A stretch of DNA of 64,000 nt from Opitutales bacterium (lineage in GTDB: Bacteria; Verrucomicrobiota; Verrucomicrobiia; Opitutales; UBA2987): NCBI GenBank assembly GCA_965226885.1, contig CBDDEL010000016.1, positions 320,001-384,000 of the forward strand. The letters run 5' to 3'. The stretch's first letter is position 1. Each line of letters begins with the position of its first letter. The notes beneath the pieces were generated by a model. The model searched no databases and was not told the DNA's origin. It saw only the letters and a list, made by a program, of their open reading frames with translations. The position numbers were made by a program, and so were the translations under genes. Shown here piece after piece: positions 11,650-22,777 of the stretch.

Positions 11650-12780
11650 TACCAAATCTCATTAGGTATGATAATAAGTTATTTGGCAGAAGCGTTTGCT
11701 TGAATGTGCTGCCAGCCTCCGCCAACTAAAGAGAGGACTTTTTCAGTGTCCTCCCACCAGTCTTTGAGATGGGTTGCGACGACTTCTTCGAGTCGCTCAA
11801 TGCTCGGCCACAGTTTGTTGGCCGTTTGATCCTGTATCATATCCCAAAGTCTTTCAATCGGGTTGAGTTCAGGACTATACGGCGGCAAATTCACGATATG
11901 TATGCCCGGGGGGACGTTGGGGTGCTCCGAGTCGTGCGGATGGAAGCCTGCCCCGTCCCATACAACCACATGTTCCTCCTCAGGATATTGCTTTTTGATC
12001 TGTTGGAGGAAAGCCTCCGTCCACTGTAGATTCGTGCTAGGGGTTTGGATGCATACCATCTCGCCGTTGACCACGTCGAGGGCTCCGTAACAGTAGCTCC
12101 ACTGGTATCTTGTCTGATATTTTTTGTGCGGCCGAAGCCCTCTTTGCGTCCAGCACCGGCGGTACACCGGAAGCAAACCAAAACGGCTTTCATCGGCAAA
12201 CCACACCCGAACCCGATTGCCTCGGGTGAGGGAAAGCTCCTGGAGGATCTTAAAAAAGTCTCGCTTGAACGCTTCCGCTTTTGCCGAGTCCCGTTTCTCA
12301 TGCACGGGGCGAGGGACTCGAAGCACCCCGGCGCATTTTTTTAGCCATCGCCACACCGTCTTGTAGGCGAAGGAGCGCCCGAAATGTCGCTCCAGCTCTT
12401 GCCCCGCCTGAACGGCTGTGTTCCAGCGCGCGACCTTCAAACCATTGAGCAAGAAGGCCTCCACCTCTTTGTCGCAACGGCTTTTGATCCCGCCTTTGTA
12501 GGCGCGTGTAAGCACCGCCCCGAGCCCTGCAGCACGATATTTGTCAAACCAACGCTGGATCGTCGCTTTGCCTCGGCCCACGATGGCTCCAATTTCATCA
12601 ATGCTGTGGTGCGGCTGGAAGCCCATTTTTAATGCCACCAAACGCTCTTTACGCCAGCCGACAGCCTCTTTGTTGAGCAATTTCTTGATACGTTCACGGT
12701 CTTCATCGGTTCCCATATATCTTCTCATTCCGCCTTTATAGCTGCTTTTTAATCTTTATCAATCCTTTTGCGATTTGGTA
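11650..12780 (-). mobile_element. IS630-family element copy 2 (transposase 11679..12728)
   Basis: Same 1131-bp element as copy 1, flanked by TAA/TAA. Confidence 0.95.
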
Positions 12781-12823
12781 TAAGACTTAAAATCCTTGGA
12801 AATCTTCCGAAATCCTAAGAGAT

Positions 12824-13444
12824 ATGAATCTGGCAATGGTAAAAGTAACCCCCTTGCATTTTATAGAGAAATTTGAAGAATGCATGATGCAGGACATCAC
12901 CAATGGTGAATTGCCCATTTTTTATGGCGCTGTTTTCAGACGATTTCTGAATTTTCCAGAAAGTAAGGCCAAAATCTGTATTTACGATAATAAGGACGAA
13001 GAAATACTGGCCAAGGTCGAGATTTACGAAGTAGCGGAACGTGGAAAGAGATCGGTCCTGAAGGGGGTAATGGTAAACTTTACCGAGGAAAATGAGAAAA
13101 ACCTGTTTATACTCATGAATGGGACCGGAAACCTGGCCATTGAGGCTTACAAGTCTTATCAGGACTTCAAATGCCTGTTTGGAATTGGGCCGGCTGCCGG
13201 TGATTCGGCCGAAGAAGACGAATCCGACGAGCCTACAGAGGAGGAAATTGCCAAGATTCTCGATCTTTCCGGTTCCAGCGATGATTCGGATGCAGTTTCG
13301 GAGGATTTCCTGCAAAGTGTCCTGCAGGAAGCGGAAGAAAGTAGCGAAGCGTCATCTGATTTCGTATTGGAAGAGAAAAAGGTTGGAGAATACTCGGTCA
13401 CCCTATCGCCCGATGATCTTCTCAAAACCATACAGAATGACTGA
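12824..13444 (+). CDS. Hypothetical protein with an acidic C-terminal half
   Basis: 206-aa open frame with a D/E-rich tail. No family recognised. Confidence 0.6.
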   Translation: MNLAMVKVTPLHFIEKFEECMMQDITNGELPIFYGAVFRRFLNFPESKAKICIYDNKDEEILAKVEIYEVAERGKRSVLKGVMVNFTEENEKNLFILMNGTGNLAIEAYKSYQDFKCLFGIGPAAGDSAEEDESDEPTEEEIAKILDLSGSSDDSDAVSEDFLQSVLQEAEESSEASSDFVLEEKKVGEYSVTLSPDDLLKTIQND

Positions 13445-13654
13445 TTCCTAGTCGTCAAAGTATCACTTTCCGCTGGCTGGATGCCTCATTCCGGCTGCAA
13501 AAATTTCAATTGAGGTAATCCGCTCCGGCAGGGCTATGAATTAAATGCGTTGCGTGGGGCTCCGATGTCGTTAAAAGATTGCATTCTATGTTTGGGCACA
13601 TTTGGGCACATTTGGGCACAGTTTTCCAATGGCCAGAAAAAGTTTTACCGGACA

Positions 13655-16500
13655 ATGGCTTTCGTAGAAGAGCTGATCAAAAAATTGCAAAATAACCAGA
13701 CGAGCCTGCCGGGGGTTCTCGGTGAACAGTCGGCTATAGACCGCCTGGAAAGATTGGCCGCATACTGTCCTGTTTATAAGAATTTTCTGACGCAATTTCC
13801 TCAATACGCAATCTGGCTGGAAGATCCAGCCAATCGAGACGAAACCTTTCGCTACAGCGCGTTTAAAAATACATGGGAAGAGGATTTCACCGAAAAAGGG
13901 GATTCCGTGAGTAGTTTCCTGAGCAGGCTGCAAAGGTTCCGCCGGCAGATGTCCATGCGAATCGCCTATCGGGAGATCAACAAATTATCGACGGTGGGAG
14001 AATCCATGCTGGAACTCACATTGCTGGCGGAATTCTGCCTGAAACTGGTTGCCTCCCGAACCCAGGCCGATTGGCAAAAGCGCCTCGGCCAGCCTTGGGA
14101 TGAGGCCTTGGACCGGCCGGCCGCCTATTGTGTTCTGGGTCTCGGCAAACTGGGCGGCAGGGAGCTGAATTTCTGTTCCGATCTCGACCTGATTTACTTG
14201 TTCGATGGCGAGGGGCACTGCCGAAAAGAGGGCAAGCCAACCACGGCAAGCAACGAATATTTTTTTACCAAAATGTTTCAGACCATGACCGGGACTTTGC
14301 AAAAGCGCAGCCACTCCGGCTTTCTTTACAACATCGATTTGAGGCTGCGACCAGAGGGTTCCACCGGTCCCATAGTGAGGCCCCTGTCGGCCATGGAGCA
14401 TTATTATTACACCAGAGGGCAAGCATGGGAACGGCTGGCAGAGGGCAAGCATGGGAACGGCTGGCCTTGCTGCGGGCGCGGCCGGTGGCCGGGATTTTGA
14501 GTCTGGGGGAAGAGTTTTTCGAGAACGTAAATCCTTTTCGCTACCCGAGGCATCCGCCGGAAGAGATGATTTCCGATGTGGCCGGCGTGAAAATTAGAAT
14601 TGAGAAGGAACTGGCAGGTGAACTCCAGTTAAAAAACGACCTCAAAACCGGGTATGGCGGCATCCGGGAAATTGAATTTTTTGTGCAAACCCTGCAATTG
14701 CTGCACGCAGGCAAAAACCCTTTTTTGCAAGTGGAAAGCACTCTGGAAACTATCCAGCTTCTTACCCGCTACAAATTGCTCGGCGGGAGTGAAGCCACCT
14801 TTCTGTCGGAGGCGTATCATTTCCTGCGCACAGTGGAGCATCGCCTGCAAATGAGAGAAGAAAAACAAACCCACACTCTGCCCGATGATGAGTCCGCATT
14901 GGAAACCCTGTCCCGCTTGCTCGGTTTCCGTGATTATGCAGAATTAGAAAAACGCATGCTGCCATTGAGAGATAAAGTGCGAGCTATCTACAGCAGCCTC
15001 TTCAAAGGGGACGACCGTGAAAATGAATTACAGGACTGGACCGTTTTTTTATCCGGAAATGCCGCCTCCCCTCAAATCCGGCAATCCCTTGCCAAATGGT
15101 TCCGCGGAATCCCGGAAAAGGAAGCCGAAATCCGACTGCGGACTTTCGCCCTGGGCAGCCCCAATTACGCCGTGACGCGTGAACAGGCGCAACTGTTTTT
15201 GAACCTGGCGCGTCAATTCGAGGTGGTGCTGCCTCAACTGGCGCACCCATTGCTTTCTCTCGAAAGAGTGTCCCGATTTGCCGAAAGCTACACGGCGCGG
15301 AAATTTTTCTTCAAAACCTGCGCCGAAAATCCTAGTTTCTTTCATTCCCTGTGTCTGTTGCTCGACCGCAGTCAATTCACCACCCAACTGCTCTGCCAGC
15401 ACCCAGAGATAATGGAGGAAGTCCTCGTCATCCAGAGCCATAGGCACAAATCGCCGGCTCGTATTTTGAAGGAATTAGGAGAGCTTCCTGGCGGTGCGGA
15501 ATTTCCCCGATGGCTCTGGCTCTATGTTAAAGCGGAGCAGGTGCGTCTTTCCATTTTGCAATTAACGGAGGATTGCAGGGTCGAGGAATTGGAGCAAAAG
15601 CTCACTCTGCTAGCCGATTCGGCCTTGCAATACACGCTCAAGATGATCGATCCGCAAGAGCGCCTCACCGTCATCGGGCTGGGAAAACTCGGTGCGCAAG
15701 AAATGACCTTGGGTTCCGACCTCGACCTGCTCATTTTAACCGATGAAAAAGACAATGCGTCCACCGCCAAAACAGCACAGCGATTACTCGCTATTTTGGG
15801 ACACCGCCACCCGTTGGGGCCCAACTTCGAGATCGACTTGCGCCTGCGCCCCCACGGCCGGGACGGCCCTCTCCTTACCTCCTTGAAGGCTTTCGCCAAA
15901 TACCATCAAAAATCGGCCCAGACCTGGGAAAAACAATTGCTGACCCGCTCAAGATTTATTGCCGGCAATGAACAAATTGCACGCGGCTTTGTCGAACTTC
16001 GACACAAACTGCTTTATTCAGCGCCTCTTAAAAAAGAGGAATGGAGTGATATCCTGAAGATGAAAAATCGCCTCGAAAATACGAATATCCCGCCGGACAA
16101 CCCCTACCGGGCCTTTAAAAAAGCTCCCGGCGGTCTGATCGGAATTGAGTTTGCCTGTCAAATGGCAGTTTTAAAATACGGCGCAGCAATTCCGCAGCTT
16201 GTTCAGGCCAGCACCCGCTAAGTACTGAAGAAATTGCCGGAACTAGGCTTACAGGAATCCGGTCAAAACCTGATCCTGCAAAAAAATTACGAAACTCTCA
16301 GAACCGTGGAACTCCATTCGAGAAGGGAAACCAACAAGGCCGTCGATACCCTATCGAAAAAGCCTGAAACCCAGGAGGTCTTGGCAAAATGGATGGGTTT
16401 TAAGGATCGTGAAGCATTTTGGGCCCAGCATCAAAAGGGCATGCTGGATAACAAAAAGATTGTAAAAATCCTTATAAATGAAATAATTAGCACACACTAG
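13655..16500 (+). pseudogene. glnE: Glutamine synthetase adenylyltransferase/adenylyl-removing enzyme, inactivated twice
   Basis: Two NT domains (GLGKLGGRELNFCSDLDL; GLGKLGAQEMTLGSDLDL; IDLRLRP; KTGYGGIREIEF). Frameshift from a 26-bp tandem duplication at 14413-14464 and an in-frame TAA at 16219-16221. Confidence 0.9.
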
Positions 16501-16605
16501 CTCTCCGTTTTTAAACCCCCTGTAAATTCAAATTCAGCTCATTTAAACAAATTTTTCAGCGTAGAGGCCGACTTATAATATTCACCAGAAGCAGACCACC
16601 GAAGA

Positions 16606-19215
16606 ATGATAGAACCAACCCAATTGATCAGAAAGATCGCCGCAAATGCACTCTTTTACGGCAGGATACGAGAGCATTGTATAGCCATTCTCATAGCCGT
16701 GGGCGTGGCCGGAGTAGCTATGGAGGCGACCGCCAAGGAATTTGTGGTCCAACGGGGCGATCTCGTGCAAATGCTGCAGGAGACCGAAAAAGCCATCAAC
16801 TACCTGCAATGGTATCATTACAAAAAAGAACCGATCACCAGGATCGACCAGGAGGAAATGCTGGTCTCCTACATGGAGGAGCTGGATTACAACCGCCTGT
16901 TTTTCCTACAAAGAGACAAGGAGGAAATCCTTGGACGTTTTGGCAACACGCTCATAGAAAGCTATTTCCGGCAGGGCAAATGGCTCTACCCGGCCTTTCA
17001 GGTATTTCAATTTTACCGTCAAAACGCCATCGCCCGCTTGCAATGGGTTTCCCAGCGGCTGGAAGGTGAATTTGATTTCACAACCGATAATTCAATCAGG
17101 CCAGACCGCTCGGAAGCCGAATGGCCTAAGGATTCGGATGAGGCCAACGATCTGTGGGAAAAACGGGTGACTTTCGATCTGCTGCAGGAAATCCTGAACG
17201 GGGAAAAAGAGGAAAGAGCGAAGGAAAAAGTGGGTCGCAGGTATCGGCGCACCTTGCGCTACATCGAGGGCCTTGAACCGCGCAATGTGCAGGAAATTTT
17301 TCTCACTTCCTTTGCCCAGATGTACGACCCGCACTCCACCTTTTACTCGCCCGATACCTGGGACGACTTCAATATTGCCATGCGCAATTCACTGGTCGGC
17401 ATCGGGGCTCTATTGCGCGATGAGGATGGATACTGTGTCATCCAACAATTGCTCCCCGGCGGACCGGCCGAATTGAGCAACCGGTTTCACCCCGGCGATA
17501 AAATAGTCGAAGTGCGCCAGGAAGGCGAAAAACCGGTCGATGTCATCGACATGAAGCTGCGCAATATTGTGGAGAAAATCCGCGGTCCAAAGGGCACCAA
17601 AGTGCACCTAACCATCATCCCGGCCAATGCCACTGATCCATCCGAACGCAAAGAGGTCACCTTGGTGCGGGAGGAAATAAAATTAACGGAAAACCTGGCC
17701 AGCGCCGCCATTTACGAGGTTCCGCTGGGAGAACATCGAACGATCGCGGTGGGGGTTATCGACCTGCCATCATTTTATGGTTCTACGGTGGGCGAAAAAG
17801 TCGAATCGAGCACCACATCCGATGTCGAGGAACTGATCGGCAAACTTAAAAAAGAGGGCATCGAAGGGCTCGTGCTGGACCTTCGCCGCAATGGCGGGGG
17901 GCTCCTCAGTGAAGCCATCAAGCTGACCGGATTATTCATTCCCAAAGGTCCCGTCGTTCAGGTCAAAGATACCACGGGGCAAATCCGGGAAGACTGGGAC
18001 AACGATCCCAAGATAGTTTATGAAGGCCCCCTGGTGGTCCTCGTTTCCCGGCGCAGCGCTTCGGCCAGTGAAATCGTGGCGGGAGCCCTCCAGAACCATC
18101 ACCGGGCATTGATTGTGGGAGATTCCTCCACCCACGGCAAAGGAACGGTCCAGCAAATTTTCGAACTCGACCGAAAATCGGGCCTGTCCATATTCAACCG
18201 GCCGAAAAAGGAAAAACTGGGCGCCACCAAAATCACCATTCAAAAATTCTATTTGCCCAACGGAGATTCCACCCAGAATAAAGGCGTCGTTTCGGACATC
18301 GTGCTGCCCTCCATCAATGAAATCCTGCCTATAGGAGAATCCGACCTGCCCAACGCCCTCATCTGGGACACCATCGAACCACTGCGCTGGAACCTCCAGG
18401 ATACGATCGGCCCCAACGGAAAACTGATCGATGAAAGCACCGTTTCTTTCCTTAGAAAAGGCAGCCAGACGAGGCAGGATACGCTCGAGGAATTTGCCTA
18501 TCTAAAACGGCAAATAGAATGGTTTCAGAAAAAGCAGGATCAGAAAGAATATTCCCTCAACCTGGAAATCCGCCGTTCTCAGCGCAACGAAGATGATAAA
18601 CTAAAGGAAGAAATGGAGGATCTCCGGGAAACCCTCAGCCGCAATTATTTCAAATGGCGGGAGGTCGTCCTGGACGTCAGCCGGGAAAAAGAGGACCAGC
18701 ATCAGTTGAAACTGCGAAACTCCTTGCTGCCCAACGGGAAAAACAAGGCCAACACCTATTATCAGAAAATCTTTTATTTCCAACCGCAGGAAGACAGCCC
18801 CATCAAGGAAATCTGGGTCGAATCGATCAATTACGAAAAATCGCTCAAACACAGTGAGGAAATCGCCGGCGAATTATCACAACTTGCCGGCGTCTCCATT
18901 CCCGAACCCCAAGTGAACGATTTGTTGAGTTATTTGAAAAACGCTGAAACCAGCGATGAATTTAATATCGAACGCGCTTTTGCCGAATATTTGGGAGACC
19001 AACTCGATAAAGAAGCGATTGAGCAAATCCTTCCGGGGTTTTTCACAAAACTGGTTCATCTGGACCCGGAACTGTTGTTGGAAAAACCCTCTCTTGACAT
19101 TGCTCTGAGGGAAAGTAATCGCATCCTGGCTGATTGGGTGGTCCAACAGCAGGAATCGATAAACTCAGGCACCATTGCCGAACTGGAACACCAGGAAGCC
19201 TCCCGGACGGATTGA
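16606..19215 (+). CDS. prc: Carboxy-terminal processing (tail-specific) protease, S41 family
   Basis: YDPHS, PDZ GIGALL, LDLRRNGGG, SASASEIVAGALQ, GKGTVQ, KFYLPNGDSTQNKGV. Confidence 0.9.
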   Translation: MIEPTQLIRKIAANALFYGRIREHCIAILIAVGVAGVAMEATAKEFVVQRGDLVQMLQETEKAINYLQWYHYKKEPITRIDQEEMLVSYMEELDYNRLFFLQRDKEEILGRFGNTLIESYFRQGKWLYPAFQVFQFYRQNAIARLQWVSQRLEGEFDFTTDNSIRPDRSEAEWPKDSDEANDLWEKRVTFDLLQEILNGEKEERAKEKVGRRYRRTLRYIEGLEPRNVQEIFLTSFAQMYDPHSTFYSPDTWDDFNIAMRNSLVGIGALLRDEDGYCVIQQLLPGGPAELSNRFHPGDKIVEVRQEGEKPVDVIDMKLRNIVEKIRGPKGTKVHLTIIPANATDPSERKEVTLVREEIKLTENLASAAIYEVPLGEHRTIAVGVIDLPSFYGSTVGEKVESSTTSDVEELIGKLKKEGIEGLVLDLRRNGGGLLSEAIKLTGLFIPKGPVVQVKDTTGQIREDWDNDPKIVYEGPLVVLVSRRSASASEIVAGALQNHHRALIVGDSSTHGKGTVQQIFELDRKSGLSIFNRPKKEKLGATKITIQKFYLPNGDSTQNKGVVSDIVLPSINEILPIGESDLPNALIWDTIEPLRWNLQDTIGPNGKLIDESTVSFLRKGSQTRQDTLEEFAYLKRQIEWFQKKQDQKEYSLNLEIRRSQRNEDDKLKEEMEDLRETLSRNYFKWREVVLDVSREKEDQHQLKLRNSLLPNGKNKANTYYQKIFYFQPQEDSPIKEIWVESINYEKSLKHSEEIAGELSQLAGVSIPEPQVNDLLSYLKNAETSDEFNIERAFAEYLGDQLDKEAIEQILPGFFTKLVHLDPELLLEKPSLDIALRESNRILADWVVQQQESINSGTIAELEHQEASRTD

Positions 19216-19235
19216 GGCAGGAGGCGGCATCTGCA

Positions 19236-20087
19236 TCAATCCTGGCTGCTCCATAGCAAAATAAAGCGATTACGCCTTGGCAGGTCTTTTAACGACTCGA
19301 TTTTTCGATAGCCGTTTTTGGCCGCCCTTGCGGTGATAGATTCGTGCTGATCGGGACCGGTTTCGAACGCCACCAGTCCTCCAGGCGAAATGTAGGCCCC
19401 GGCCTCTTCCACGATTTGATTTAAACATGCCAGGCCCGAATTTTCGGCCACCAGGGCTTCGCGGGGTTCGTGCTCCCGGACCTCCGGTTGAGCGCTTTCC
19501 CACTCATCGGCGCTGAGGTAGGGAGGATTCGAGATAATGAGGTCAAAAGTTCCGTCCACATTCTCAAACCAGTGGGAGCGGCAAATAGCCACTCTCCCGG
19601 CGAGCCCGGCGGAGCGAATATTTTCCTCCGCCAATTCCAGCGCTGTGGGGCTGCTGTCCGCCGCCACCACACGGGCATCGGCAAAATGCCTGGCCAAAGC
19701 TATGGCAATGGCCCCGCTTCCCGTGCCCGAGTCGAGAATCCGTTGCGGAGGACTGGCTTTAAGCCTGGCAATCACCAGTTCGACCAATTCCTCGGTTTCC
19801 GGGCGCGGGATGAGGGCGCGGTTATCGACTTTCAGGCTGCCATTGAAAAAATCGGTTTGGCCGATGATGTATTGCCAAGGCTCCCGCCGGGAACGCCGCC
19901 CAACCAGTGGCCGCAACGTAGACAGTGTTTCCTCGCTCATGGGCAATTCAAACTGCAGGTAGAGATCGAGGCGTTTGCATTTCAAAACATGGGCAAAGAG
20001 CAGCTCGGCATTGAGACGAGGATTCTCCATGTCTTTACCCTCGAAAAACAGAGTCGTCTTATTGAGCGCTTCCAGTAATGTCAGCAT
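19236..20087 (-). CDS. prmC: Release factor glutamine methyltransferase
   Basis: RREPWQYIIG, ALIPRPETEELV, GTGSGAIA, SNPPY. Confidence 0.95.
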   Translation of the reverse strand: MLTLLEALNKTTLFFEGKDMENPRLNAELLFAHVLKCKRLDLYLQFELPMSEETLSTLRPLVGRRSRREPWQYIIGQTDFFNGSLKVDNRALIPRPETEELVELVIARLKASPPQRILDSGTGSGAIAIALARHFADARVVAADSSPTALELAEENIRSAGLAGRVAICRSHWFENVDGTFDLIISNPPYLSADEWESAQPEVREHEPREALVAENSGLACLNQIVEEAGAYISPGGLVAFETGPDQHESITARAAKNGYRKIESLKDLPRRNRFILLWSSQD

Positions 20088-20204
20088 GGGCAATAGTTGA
20101 TGCGGCAGGGTAAGCTTCTTTTCAATGAAATTGTAATTGCGAATTTCTTTTGTAAGGAAACTTTATTCCGATAGTCTAAAATTAAGACCAGAATAATTAT
20201 CAAG

Positions 20205-20489
20205 ATGCTGAAAAGGTGGTATAATAAAATGATTGCCGGGCTGACGCCTAGCTGCCGGGAGTTGGCGCGCCTGTCTTCCGAGTCGCTGGAACGCAAACTC
20301 TCCCTGCGCGAGAAGCTGCTCATTCGCCTTCACAATACAGTCTGTAGCTGGTGCAGTCGCTACGAAAACCAACTGCAATCCATTCACCAGGCAGTCGAGG
20401 GAAAGGGAGACGCATTATGCGATGAGGCCGATCTTTCCATGTCACAGGATTGCAAAGAGCGCATGAAATCCATTCTCAAAGATGAATAA
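20205..20489 (+). CDS. zf-HC2 zinc-finger anti-sigma factor
   Basis: SCRELARLSS...LHNTVCSWCSRY (Hx3Cx2C). Confidence 0.8.
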   Translation: MLKRWYNKMIAGLTPSCRELARLSSESLERKLSLREKLLIRLHNTVCSWCSRYENQLQSIHQAVEGKGDALCDEADLSMSQDCKERMKSILKDE

Positions 20490-20599
20490 AGAAATGATGT
20501 TCGCAATTGGGTTTGGGGAAATTGGGGGAAATAGAGTTCCCGCTGCCTAATTATCAAGAGTTTACGAATCGGGTCCGGCCTTGAATCCGGGAAAATTCA

Positions 20600-20726
20600 A
20601 GTTTGGCACTTTTTGGGCTGTTTTATACGGTTCGCATGGGGCTGGCACCCTTTCTTTGTCAACATACGGGGTTTTGCAATGAGGTTTGGCACTTTTACAG
20701 TGTCAATGCGTAGATTGGGCGAAGGC
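20600..20726 (-). repeat. Conserved downstream arm of cassette platform, copy 1
   Basis: Minus strand ...GCCTTCGCCCAATCTACGCATTGACACTGTAAAAGTGCC...TGCAAAACCCCGTA...GCCAAACT aligns by eye with 50315-50455 and partly with 42601-42680. Confidence 0.75.
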
Positions 20727-20785
20727 CGTTAACGCTCAAGCTCAGTGGCGCGCGTCAGCACGTCCACTGGAGCGCCTTGTTATGT
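20727..20785 (-). other. Integron attC site (59 bp)
   Basis: ACATAAC-AAGGCGCTCCAGTGG...CCACTGAGCTTGAGC-GTTAACG. R'' ACATAAC is the exact complement of the cassette start GTTATGT at 22564-22570. Confidence 0.88.
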
Positions 20786-20902
20786 GATCGATCTCTGACA
20801 CAATACATCGTACGATAACAACGCCATTTATCCAATCCGCTTTTGAAATGGTTAGCATTTAAAACAATGTTTCGAACTTGAACGCGTTCACCCCGGCCCT
20901 AT

Positions 20903-22477
20903 CTACCGGATGTAATGCGGGACCGTGATGTTGTTCCCCGAACCGTCCGTAGTGAGCGTATAGCCGCCGGCAACCCATTGCAGTGGGTTGGAACCGGATC
21001 GGCGTGAAGTGTTGTAGTCGCCCCAACGCGTCACGGACCTGGTACTCAAGGTCGGATAGTAGACAACGAAGTCGCCCCATACACCCACCGCATGGTTACC
21101 GTGATAGGGGCCGCCGCCAAACGCGACGGACATGCCGAGTTCACCCCCGGAATTGGTGGACAGAAATGCATCCTGGAAAGCAAAGCCGGGATTCCAAATC
21201 TGGACCTGCTCCTGAAAGGCAAAGTTCGAGGCATTAAGGCGAACCATTTGAACGTGCGGATGCGGAAAACCGCCGCCACTTCCTGCCTGCCAGGCGAACC
21301 ACACGTTCGTTAAGTCCTGCAACGCATTTCCATAGATGTAGGTGGTGATACCGCCTTCCCACTGCATCCAATCCGTACCGTCCGGAGTGATCGATGACTC
21401 CGAACCGTTCGGCCAACTGTTGATGTTGACGGTTCGCCAATAATAGGAATTGTCACCATCCGGCCAATTGTAGACGCGCAGCTGGCTGGTATCGACGTGA
21501 CCCGCCCAATAGACTTGATTGTTGGGGTTTTGTGTAATGTGCGAGAAGATCGCATTGGTCCCCCATCGCATTGGTCCCCCCTGTGTACCGATAGTTCACG
21601 GTCGCGCGCCTGGCAAGCTGATCAAGTGGTAGCCGGACGACGATCCGTCCGCCCGCGATCATGCTCGTCCAGTAGAGGGATTTCGACTCGCGGTCATGTC
21701 GTTGTAGTCGAGGGATCCTAGCGCACTGAACACATTGCTGGGGAAGTCCCAATACGTCCATGCGGTGCCGTTGGAGCTACGGACGCCTTCAGTCGATTCC
21801 ACGGCGACGCGAATGCGGTTGTCATTGGTGCCATCGCCGCCCTTCGCGCTCCGATACTGCATCAGCCACACGAACAAATCGTACTGCGGCACGTACAGGA
21901 CGATTTGGTCGCAGCAAAGACCGCCATCATCCTGCGGAAAGACCGTCGTCGGATTGATATATGTGAAGGTTCCCCCGGCATCTTCAGAAAACGCCATCCA
22001 TGTATTGCCAGTCATGATGATCGTTTCGCCGTTCTCTGCGACACTCACTTCACCAAGGCTGCCAATATTGGGAAGAACATCGTCAACTTCGGCATAATCG
22101 TCGAAATCAAGTTCCTGGGAAGGCTCTTCGTCTTTGGCTGCTATCTTGATCGCCGGATTTTTCGGCTCGATGTCCCCTCTTAGCGGCCCGACCGGAATCG
22201 GCGGGAAATTGATGTGTTCCTCATTCGGTATGAAGGTAGACTCGATGACGGGCTCCACTGGCGGATACGGCGCGCCTTCGGTGCGTTTGGGATCGATGGC
22301 CCCGCCCTTGCTCTCCTCGCGAACTTCTGGGCCGACCACTCCTATCCCATCATCGGGCTTTCCGATATCCCGATCACATGCACAAACGAAAAACCAGTAC
22401 AGCAGGCCTACGAGGAAAAGCGCGGCAACCAACGCTAGAATCGCCAAGGCACCATGCAGTATTGATTTCATATTCAC
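20903..22477 (-). pseudogene. Cassette-borne membrane-anchored/secreted hypothetical protein, two frameshifts
   Basis: ORFs 21659..22477, 21453..21761 and 20903..21571 join into one protein (GLCCDQIVLY...RWGDY). The second frameshift is a 16-bp duplication at 21549-21580. Confidence 0.75.
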
Positions 22478-22563
22478 TCCCCCTGCTGTTCACGTACGAA
22501 CAGGCAATACATTTGAAAATTCCAACATGTATTCCTTGCTATACATAACATATAGTAGGCTAT

Positions 22564-22719
22564 ACATAACATATAGTAGGTAGCGTCTACGCGGCCTGTG
22601 ATTGGGTACGATAAAAATTTTGGCGAAATTTGCAAGAAAATTTTTAATTTTTTGGCAGAGAAGAGGCTTATTAGGTTTTCCCTAATTTATTGCCAATTTT
22701 TAGCGATGCGTGGGTGCTG
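22564..22719 (-). promoter_or_regulatory. attI-like site plus conserved upstream arm with Pc-like promoter, copy 1
   Basis: ...TTGCAA-16nt-TATCGT...GCGTAGACGCTACCTACTATAT-GTTATGT. Aligns over ~150 bp with 48645-48800. The crossover region is tandemly duplicated (21 bp, 22539-22580). Confidence 0.75.
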
Positions 22720-22777
22720 AAGGTGTGCTATTCATCACCTAGCCAAAGAAAAAGGAATGAAACCCCTTCAGGGTTTT

